From a virus (lineage: Duplodnaviria; Caudoviricetes), in the IMG/VR virus record IMGVR_UViG_3300035156_000177, positions 1 to 60,852 of that record: a stretch of 60,852 nt of DNA. The stretch is one strand, 5' to 3'. The notes under the pieces were generated by a model. The model had not been told where the DNA came from. It worked only from the letters and a program-made list of their open reading frames with translations, and searched no databases. This document shows, in pieces, positions 28,028-34,904 of this stretch. Within the stretch, counting starts at the first letter, position 1, and every line of letters begins with the position of its first letter. Position numbers and translations under genes: made by a program.

Positions 28028-28356
28028 TCACGGGCTACAACCTCAGCAGGATCGCCTTCGGCGCCGACCCCAGCCCGGTCGAGCCGTTCGCTGAGCGCAC
28101 GCCCGGCCAGCTCTGGCACCACCTGCTGACCCTCGACCCCAACGAGCGCCTCGAGGTCCTGGCCAACCTGCAGGAGTCGGCGCGCCTGGGCTACGAGAGC
28201 GTCGTCCAGGACCTCCGGGGCAAGGCCGACTACCTGGCGCGCATCGAGGCCGCGCGGTCGAAGGTGGCGTGGTCACCGCCGGCCGAGGAGGACTGCATGT
28301 GCCGGGGTGCGTTCCACTACCCCAACTGCCCGCACGGCCCGAAGGACGGGGAGTGA
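28024..28356 (+). CDS. hypothetical protein
   Basis: GTGA overlap; C-terminal CxC..H...C.H. Confidence 0.6.
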   Translation: MITGYNLSRIAFGADPSPVEPFAERTPGQLWHHLLTLDPNERLEVLANLQESARLGYESVVQDLRGKADYLARIEAARSKVAWSPPAEEDCMCRGAFHYPNCPHGPKDGE

Positions 28357-28463
28357 GCACCGCGGCGGGGGTCATCGCCCTGATCCTGATCCCCATCGTG
28401 ATCATCAAAGAGATCCGAGATGCTGTGAGGAGGCACCGTGACAACCGCGGTCGAAAGGGCTAG
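28353..28463 (+). CDS. tiny membrane peptide
   Basis: GTGA overlap; one hydrophobic helix and basic tail. Confidence 0.4.
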   Translation: MSTAAGVIALILIPIVIIKEIRDAVRRHRDNRGRKG

Positions 28464-28644
28464 GGCTGACGTCGAGGCCCAGCGCGATCGGCTTGAGGCG
28501 TTCGAGCTGCACCTGCAGACCGTGACCCTGGAGGCGCTCCAGCTGGGTGTGTCGATCACCGAGGCTGCCCGGCAGGCCGGGGTCAACCGGTCGACGATCT
28601 ACCGCTGGCAGGGCGTCAGCGACCACGAGAGGACCCCCGCATGA
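28438..28644 (+). CDS. HTH DNA-binding protein
   Basis: GAGGAGG RBS; GVSITEAARQAGVNRSTIYRW. Confidence 0.85.
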   Translation: MTTAVERARADVEAQRDRLEAFELHLQTVTLEALQLGVSITEAARQAGVNRSTIYRWQGVSDHERTPA

Positions 28645-28922
28645 TGAGCAACGAGCCCGTCGCCGATTCCGCCCAGCCCACGATCATCAACGCCTTGGAG
28701 AGGCAGGAGAAGGCGCTCGCACAACTGCTCGAGGCGACCAACCACCTCGAGTCGAAACTGGGCCACATTCTCTTGCCTGAACAAGAGAGCGAGTCCAAGC
28801 AGGTCGTCACCCCCGTTGACGATTCGAACACGTCCTTGGTGCGCTCCCGGGTGGAGGTAGCCACGTATCGCATCGGAAGCCTGGCTCGATGCTTGCGTGA
28901 TCTGGTCGATCGCATCGAGTAG
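28641..28922 (+). CDS. coiled-coil hypothetical protein
   Basis: ATGA overlap; ends at the terminator. Confidence 0.6.
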   Translation: MMSNEPVADSAQPTIINALERQEKALAQLLEATNHLESKLGHILLPEQESESKQVVTPVDDSNTSLVRSRVEVATYRIGSLARCLRDLVDRIE

Positions 28923-28933
28923 TCCTGACAACG

Positions 28934-28972
28934 ACAAAGCCCCCGTCCCTGTGAGGAGGACGGGGGCTTTGT
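28934..28972. terminator. bidirectional terminator between convergent operons
   Basis: ACAAAGCCCCCGTCC pairs perfectly with GGACGGGGGCTTTGT (15 bp). Confidence 0.85.
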
Positions 28973-28977
28973 GCTGT

Positions 28978-29232
28978 CTACGACCGGGCGATCAGCTGTT
29001 TGATCCTCTCACGGGACGCGCCGGCCTTCTTGACCCGGTCCTCGCCCCAGCCCTTGGCCAGCAGCCCGTCGCGGACCATCTGCTCGATCTCGGCGTAGGT
29101 GAGGTTGGCGTCGCGGTGCAGGCACGCCATCGACGCGGCGCTGGACCGCATCCGCTTGGCCACCTCGTCCTCGGCGCGGAGCTTGACGTGGAAGTCCTGG
29201 ACCACCGAGGCGACCAGGTCCGCCACGATCAC
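28978..29232 (-). CDS. small protein, possible HTH-like regulator
   Basis: GTGA-coupled; LTYAEI...GASRERIKQLI resembles a split HTH. Confidence 0.6.
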   Translation of the reverse strand: MIVADLVASVVQDFHVKLRAEDEVAKRMRSSAASMACLHRDANLTYAEIEQMVRDGLLAKGWGEDRVKKAGASRERIKQLIARS

Positions 29233-29492
29233 CCGGCGTCCTGACCGGGCAGGCCGGCGATCAGCAGCAGCACGACGATCAGCGGCAGCTCGACGGCGAA
29301 CCAGGTCTGCAGGTAGACCATCGCGGGCACGGTCTGCTTGCGGGTGATGGTCTGCAGCACCCCGCCCTCCCCCCACGACTGCTGGTGTTGGTCACCGTCG
29401 GGCTTCCAGGACGAGACCACGGTCACCAGCCCCGCGATCACTGTGGCGAGGACCGTGGCTACGATCAGCCCCGCCTTGACTCCGATGTTCAT
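29229..29492 (-). CDS. two-TM small membrane protein
   Basis: ATGA-coupled; two hydrophobic helices. Confidence 0.7.
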   Translation of the reverse strand: MNIGVKAGLIVATVLATVIAGLVTVVSSWKPDGDQHQQSWGEGGVLQTITRKQTVPAMVYLQTWFAVELPLIVVLLLIAGLPGQDAG

Positions 29493-31516
29493 GCTTGTGT
29501 CCCCTTGTCCCTGTTGAATGAGAGGTGGACGTGCCCCTCGTGGTTGGACGCCCCCGAGTAGGGCCGCCATCCGTCTCCTGACCTATCCAAGGTCCAGATC
29601 TGGTTGTTGTGGATCACCTGCTCGACCCCCAGCTGCCGGGCGTTCGCTCGGGCCCAGCGCGAGATGTCGAACCCGAGCTGCTTCCTCGACCCGGTCATGA
29701 TGTCGCAGGCGTGGCCGGTGTAGTGGAACGAGTTGGCTACGTGCCCCGACTTCTGGATCGCGCAGTCGGCGACCCTGACCTTGATCGGGAAGTGCTTCAT
29801 GACCAGCTCGCGGCCGCGCGCGGTGTTCGGGGCCATGTTGTCGGAGCGGATCGGCCAGCCCGCGGGAGGCCCGCCCTTGAGGGTGGCCTTGGCCAGGCTC
29901 GGCGTGCCCTTGGATCCGATCTCGAAGACCCTCAGGCGGCGCTTGTCGCCGGTGAAGACCTTGACCCCGATCATGTTCCCGAAGACACCCTCGGGCTCCC
30001 GGTTGCCCTTCTTCTCGCCCTTGCGGAACCCGACGTCGGTGACGTCGCGGATCCCGATGCGCTTGCCGGTGGTGAACGACCAGGTCTCCATCGAAGCCGG
30101 GCCGTTGGTCTTGCCGGACAGGATGGTCAGGATCTTCCCGCTCACCCCGAACCCCTGCCGCATCCCCGGGGCGGTCTTGATCTGGACCCCGATCTCCTTC
30201 TTGGTGGCCATGTCGTAGAGCCGGTACTTGTTGCCGCGGCGGATGACCGCCCGGTCGGCGTGGGGGTCGATGCTGATCTCGCCGTGCCAGCCGGTCTTGC
30301 TCTGGCTGCCGCCGTCGATCGTCGTCCCGCCCCGGTAGGGGAACGAGACCACGGTGTCGGAGACGTCGGCGTAGACGATGCCCTTGCGGACCCCGATCCC
30401 GGTGGGGTGCATCTCGCCTCGGACACGCATCTCCGAGACCTGCTGGCCGGCGCCGTTGAGCTGGTGGACCACCGCGGCGTTGTTGCCGGTGGTGGCCTTG
30501 GCGACGTACCAGTACGGGCCGTCCTTGGCCATGGTCTGGAAGTTCCCGGCGCCCGAGGGGTTGAGGCTGATGACCTCGCGGACCGTGCCGTTGATGTCGC
30601 CGGTGGCGGTGCCCAGACCGGGGTCGCCGGTCGGCGGCTGGGCGCAGTCGGTGGGGTTGGGCACCGGGTCGTTGGGGTCGGCCTGCATGGCGTTGGGCAG
30701 TTGCTCGACACGGACCCCGGGCTGGTTGGGGACGAGGTTCTCGTACTGCGGCGCGTCGCTCTGGGCGGAGTGCCGGGTCGACCAGGGGTAGTACGGGCTG
30801 CGGCCGTTGGCGACGCTGTCACGCGCCACCTCGAGGGCCTTGCGTGCGTTGGCGTACGGGTCCTGCCAGTTCGGGATCTTCCAGTACTGGTCGTTCAGCT
30901 GCCACATCCCCCGCATGGTCCCGGCTCCCACCGTGGGGCCGACGGCCTTGGGGTTGAACGAGGACTCGTGCTTGGCGATGGCGATGAACATGGCGATCCA
31001 CTTCTTGGGGAACCCCGCCCGGGAGAGGGCGTCGGCGGCCAGCTCGGCGCCGGAGAGCTCCTTGGTGGTCGACAGGCTCGCGGGCTGTACGGTCCCTCCC
31101 CCGCTCTGTGGGGGCGTGCCGGGCTGTTCGACGGGCACGGTGGCCAGGGTGGGGCAGCACGACGCCAGGGCGGCCTCGTAGGACGCCTGGCCGGTGCTCT
31201 GCCAGGCGGCCGACAGCGGCGTCTCGGGGGCGTTGGCGCCGTACTTGACGTGGGCGACGAAGTCCTGGCGCCACATGTCGATGATCCCGATCCCGCCCAT
31301 CACGGTCTTGTGGATCTGGGCGTACGAGGGCTGCTTGCCGGTCTGGCTGATGTCGTGCAGGAACGTCCCGGCGATGCCGGTGTACTCGAGCCCGCGGACG
31401 GCGGGGATGGTGGTGACCTGGGGGCCGCAGTTGACCTTGACCTCGGTCTGGTTGACCGCCACGGCGCCGGCGATGAGGACGGTCGACACGATGATCGGGG
31501 TCCAGTGGACAGACAT
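29489..31516 (-). CDS. exported multidomain peptidoglycan hydrolase: SLT/lysozyme-like + beta-propeller + M15-like peptidase
   Basis: N-terminal signal/anchor; AIAKHESSFNP.A...GMWQLN...DP..NA...PWST; SFH..G.ACD...NHEGHVHLSF; TGATG-coupled start at 31516. Confidence 0.8.
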   Translation of the reverse strand: MSVHWTPIIVSTVLIAGAVAVNQTEVKVNCGPQVTTIPAVRGLEYTGIAGTFLHDISQTGKQPSYAQIHKTVMGGIGIIDMWRQDFVAHVKYGANAPETPLSAAWQSTGQASYEAALASCCPTLATVPVEQPGTPPQSGGGTVQPASLSTTKELSGAELAADALSRAGFPKKWIAMFIAIAKHESSFNPKAVGPTVGAGTMRGMWQLNDQYWKIPNWQDPYANARKALEVARDSVANGRSPYYPWSTRHSAQSDAPQYENLVPNQPGVRVEQLPNAMQADPNDPVPNPTDCAQPPTGDPGLGTATGDINGTVREVISLNPSGAGNFQTMAKDGPYWYVAKATTGNNAAVVHQLNGAGQQVSEMRVRGEMHPTGIGVRKGIVYADVSDTVVSFPYRGGTTIDGGSQSKTGWHGEISIDPHADRAVIRRGNKYRLYDMATKKEIGVQIKTAPGMRQGFGVSGKILTILSGKTNGPASMETWSFTTGKRIGIRDVTDVGFRKGEKKGNREPEGVFGNMIGVKVFTGDKRRLRVFEIGSKGTPSLAKATLKGGPPAGWPIRSDNMAPNTARGRELVMKHFPIKVRVADCAIQKSGHVANSFHYTGHACDIMTGSRKQLGFDISRWARANARQLGVEQVIHNNQIWTLDRSGDGWRPYSGASNHEGHVHLSFNRDKGTQA

Positions 31517-31791
31517 CACTTCCCCTTCGAGCGCAGGACGAAGCTGAGCAGAATCGAGACGATGCCGACCGCGCAGCACACCAGCTGGACGCTGTTGGGG
31601 AGCGAGGACATCATGGTCCCGCCCAGCGAGCACCCCGTCCCGATGATGCCGAGGTTGGTGCCCAGCGACGCCTTCTTCTGGGGCTGGGGCTGGACGCCCT
31701 TGCTGTCGGCGCGCTCGTAGGTGGTGGCGCGGACGTGGACGGTCTTGCCGTTGCGCGTGTAGCTGTAGGGCTTGCGGTGCACCGTGGTCAT
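31516..31791 (-). CDS. small two-TM membrane protein with basic N-terminus
   Basis: coupled on both sides; YTRNGKTVHVR then two hydrophobic segments. Confidence 0.7.
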   Translation of the reverse strand: MTTVHRKPYSYTRNGKTVHVRATTYERADSKGVQPQPQKKASLGTNLGIIGTGCSLGGTMMSSLPNSVQLVCCAVGIVSILLSFVLRSKGK

Positions 31792-33974
31792 TCCGAGAAC
31801 CCCCAGCCCTGGACGGGGCCGCCGGGCCGGGAGGCGCCGACGAGGTGGGTCAGGTGGAAGTTGTCGTCGGTGCCGGTGGGCGCCAGGTCGTAGCCATCGG
31901 GCTCAGGCACAACATCGTTGCTCGGCGTGGGCTCTTCTTTGCGTATCGGTGTCACAGACGCAACTTCCTTGTCTACTGGCGCAACTTTCTTGCGTACGAT
32001 CCGGCGCTTCCGCTTCGCCTCGGTGGCTGCGGCCTGCTCCTCGGTGGGGGTGGTGAGCACGTACGGCTCGCGCTCGACCAGGGACGCCTTGAAGTGCCGC
32101 TTCTTGGTCTCGACCGGCTTCTCGTCGTCGATCACCTTGCCGTCGATCGTCATGGACGGGCCGCGGTAGGTGAGCCGGGTCAGGTGGACCTTGCGGTTGT
32201 TCCCGGCCCCGGCGATGTTGAACATCGGCTGCAGCGCGTGGATCTCGGCCTTCTCCATGGCGACTGCCAGGTCGTGCCCGGCGACGACGCAGGACATGGT
32301 GAAGAGTGCGTGCTTCTCCCACCACCGGCAGTCCTGAACGGTGCAGATCGGGCACTCGCCCTTCCACACATCGTCCCTGCGGTGCTCTTTGTAGCGGCGC
32401 TCCCGGTTGTTCGTCTCGCCGGTGTAGATATGACCGATCTTCCTGTTCTTGAGATATCCGAACGTCCGGTACAGGTAATGCGGCCTCTGCCCGTTCCGCA
32501 ATTCGCGGGCCAGGTCCCGGGTCATCATTCCCTCGGGTAAAGTCCCGGTGGTCATGACGTGGCGGATATGGACCTTGGTGACATTAGCGGTTCTGAACTT
32601 AGCTTTCTGACCGCTTTCGGTGACATAGAAACCCACACCCGGCATATCGAACGGAATGGAGGTGCAGGGAACCCCATCGCTTTCACTGATACCGAGGGCC
32701 GCCTTTGTCGCCTCGGCGGTCATCTGACGAAGGCTGACTTTCATCTGGAATGCCTTGCCGATCCCGCCGATCTCGGCCACGGTGGCGGCCTGGACGCCCA
32801 TCCAGACGAAGTCCTTGGTGCGCCGACCCTGGGACATGTAGACGCCCATGTTGGTGTTCGCCATCCCCTTCTGGAACAGCGGAGCGACGTCCAGGCCCTC
32901 GTCGATGATTGTCCACTGGGCCCGGAACTCATCGGTCGGGTGCTCGAGCTCCTCGCCCGGTCCGAACATCCGGTCGGCCCTGGCCTGGCGCCGGTGCAGC
33001 TCGTGGCGCATCTTGAGGAAGTGCGCCTCGGCCTCCTCGAGCACTCGGTTGTGCACCTCGTCGTCCTCGACGTCCTCGTCCTCTTCGGGCCCGATGTAGG
33101 TGACGATGCGGATGCGGCCGTTGGCGAAGGACTTGCCTTCCCACTGCTTGAACCAGGCGAACTCGCTCTTGGGGTCGATCAGGGTCATGTCGGTCGGGGT
33201 GCCCGGGAGCGAGGGGTCGAGGTTGTCGCGCAGCAGGTCGAAGAACGCGTTCCAGATGAACTTCGACTTGCCGGCGTTGGAGGTCGCCGAGATCTGGAGG
33301 TTGTAGCCGAACGGGACGGTGGCCGCGTTGCCGTCGTTGAGCCACCCGAAGGTCAGCGACCTCGCACCGGACGGGGGTAGGTCCAGCACGGTCCGGGGCG
33401 CCTCGAGGGGGCTCTTCTTGTAGAAGGTCAGCCATGCCGAGCCGGTGGTGACGGGGCTGACCGAGACTTCCTGGCAGTCCATGATGCCGGGGAGGATGGT
33501 GACGGCGTCGGCCGCGATCCGGGCCAGGTCGCCGCCGACCTTGCCGGGGTTGACCATGGCCTTGATCTCCCCGGTGGAGGTCATCTTCTTGGCGTAGAGC
33601 TTGGGCTCGACGTTGGTGAACGGGCGCTTCGGCCCGGTGACGTAGATCTCCCAGCGGGCGTCGGTGTCGCCGAACTTGTTGGTCGAGGAGAACACGTTCT
33701 TGAGCAGCTGCAGGAACCCGCCCTCGACGCCCTCATCGCGGAGGTCGGTGAACCGGTCGTACACCTTGAGGAAGCCGACCCACAGCCCGAGGCCGGCGAG
33801 GACGCCGAGCACCATGCCGCCGCCTTTGAAGATGTCCCCGGTCCACCCCCAGAACTTCCACCAGGCCAGCAGGACCAGGAAGGCGAAGATGCGGGGCGGG
33901 AAGTCCAGGACGGCGCGGTTGGGGTTGCGGACCCAGCGGTAGAGGGCGGGGACCTCGAGGAGGAACTTCTTCAC
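31788..33974 (-). CDS. membrane-anchored FtsK/SpoIIIE (TraB/TcpA-like) ATPase with C-terminal GIY-YIG-like domain
   Basis: two N-terminal TMs; ISATSNAGKS, LIDPK, EL.RRQ, IIDEG, QGR...Q, PGVGF; then YLYR...IYTGETNN..RR.KEH...A...EK.EI....P.FN. Confidence 0.8.
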   Translation of the reverse strand: MKKFLLEVPALYRWVRNPNRAVLDFPPRIFAFLVLLAWWKFWGWTGDIFKGGGMVLGVLAGLGLWVGFLKVYDRFTDLRDEGVEGGFLQLLKNVFSSTNKFGDTDARWEIYVTGPKRPFTNVEPKLYAKKMTSTGEIKAMVNPGKVGGDLARIAADAVTILPGIMDCQEVSVSPVTTGSAWLTFYKKSPLEAPRTVLDLPPSGARSLTFGWLNDGNAATVPFGYNLQISATSNAGKSKFIWNAFFDLLRDNLDPSLPGTPTDMTLIDPKSEFAWFKQWEGKSFANGRIRIVTYIGPEEDEDVEDDEVHNRVLEEAEAHFLKMRHELHRRQARADRMFGPGEELEHPTDEFRAQWTIIDEGLDVAPLFQKGMANTNMGVYMSQGRRTKDFVWMGVQAATVAEIGGIGKAFQMKVSLRQMTAEATKAALGISESDGVPCTSIPFDMPGVGFYVTESGQKAKFRTANVTKVHIRHVMTTGTLPEGMMTRDLARELRNGQRPHYLYRTFGYLKNRKIGHIYTGETNNRERRYKEHRRDDVWKGECPICTVQDCRWWEKHALFTMSCVVAGHDLAVAMEKAEIHALQPMFNIAGAGNNRKVHLTRLTYRGPSMTIDGKVIDDEKPVETKKRHFKASLVEREPYVLTTPTEEQAAATEAKRKRRIVRKKVAPVDKEVASVTPIRKEEPTPSNDVVPEPDGYDLAPTGTDDNFHLTHLVGASRPGGPVQGWGFSE

Positions 33975-34006
33975 GGGAGGCCTTTGGTCTGGGAGGGGGA
34001 GGTAGG

Positions 34007-34037
34007 GGCGCCCCGCACGGGTGAGGTGCGGGGCGCC
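34007..34037 (-). terminator. internal hairpin (attenuator or stabiliser) after the first gene of the minus operon
   Basis: GGCGCCCCGCAC pairs perfectly with GTGCGGGGCGCC (12 bp). Confidence 0.7.
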
Positions 34038-34043
34038 GGGTGG

Positions 34044-34283
34044 TCAGGGCGCGATGCCCTTGGTGGGCTTGCTCGCTGCGTTCTTGGCCGCGGCGAACTT
34101 GTCGCCTCCGCCGGACAGCGAGCCGACCAGGATTCCGCTGCCGACCTCGCCGGTGTCGCGGACGTAGTTGACGCCGGTTGCGGCGGAGTTGATCCCGTCG
34201 ATCCGGGCCCAGCATCCGATCGCCAGTGCGGCGATGACGAATGCGCCGGCGAGCCACCGGCTGAGCGTTCCTTTCTTGAACAC
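34044..34283 (-). CDS. small membrane or secreted protein (79 aa)
   Basis: GAGAGG RBS, GTG start; basic N-terminus, hydrophobic helix, Gly-rich tail. Confidence 0.7.
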   Translation of the reverse strand: MFKKGTLSRWLAGAFVIAALAIGCWARIDGINSAATGVNYVRDTGEVGSGILVGSLSGGGDKFAAAKNAASKPTKGIAP

Positions 34284-34352
34284 GATGGTTCCTCTCGGTT
34301 GTGAGCCCTGGGGCTCCGGTGGGGGAGACGCCCTCGCCTTCGGTTCTCGGCT

Positions 34353-34427
34353 GAGTAGACAGAGAGCCGGTCCCCGACAGAGCTGCTCCCCCATGGGGCT
34401 CTGCCGCGGACCGGCCTCGGCGTACTC
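34353..34427 (-). other. long interrupted hairpin in the 5' leader of the minus operon
   Basis: nested pairings GAGTA/TACTC, GCCGGTCC/GGACCGGC, CAGAG/CTCTG, CCCC/GGGG. Confidence 0.6.
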
Positions 34428-34904
34428 GCCTCCTCCCGGCCTCGATGTCGTCGGGTAACACGCTACCGGTAGTGCGCTACCAAAGCGAGCAAACATGTGC
34501 CGTTTTCCGTGCGAATGTTGAACTTTGTTGCGTGCGGGGTTAGGCTCGGCGCGCATCCACTCGCTTCGCTCGCTGCGCGCGCCGGACCGGCTCCTCCCTC
34601 GACGAGTCCCGATCCGCTAGAGTTGGGCCCACGTCTTCCGCTCCGGTGCTGGCACACCGTCCGCAGGTTCCACCACAACCTCGATGCGGTCGACGTCAGA
34701 CTTCCGAAGCCACCTCGTCGAGTCCCCGATGTCACCGCTCGATCAGGTTCTGGCCACCTGTTGACACATCCGTCGCCCGTATGCTGTGCGTATGCCACCT
34801 GCTCTCGTGCTCTCCCGGATGCACCAGGTTCCGAGGACGCTCTCCAGCGTCTCGGGCTTGTTCGTGCCTTCTGGCTCTGCCCTTCTCCAGGGGGGTGTGG
34901 GGGG

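Noticed and set aside
29609-31720. Long antisense ORFs here and at 3189-4697, 7113-8879, 37904-40420 and 56371-59379
   Set aside because: Shadow frames expected from high GC3 bias opposite well-supported genes; no motifs.
28978-34283. Type VII secretion or canonical T4SS locus
   Set aside because: Single ATPase domain; no WXG100, EccB/D, VirB4 or relaxase motifs recognised.
34761-34785. TTGACA...TATGCT promoter
   Set aside because: Spacer is only 13 bp, so it is not called as a sigma70 promoter, although the -10 alone may work.
34497-34904. Extra 136 aa at the N-terminus of the lysin ORF
   Set aside because: Atypical composition and codon usage; the ATG at 34905 after a G-rich RBS-like run fits better.
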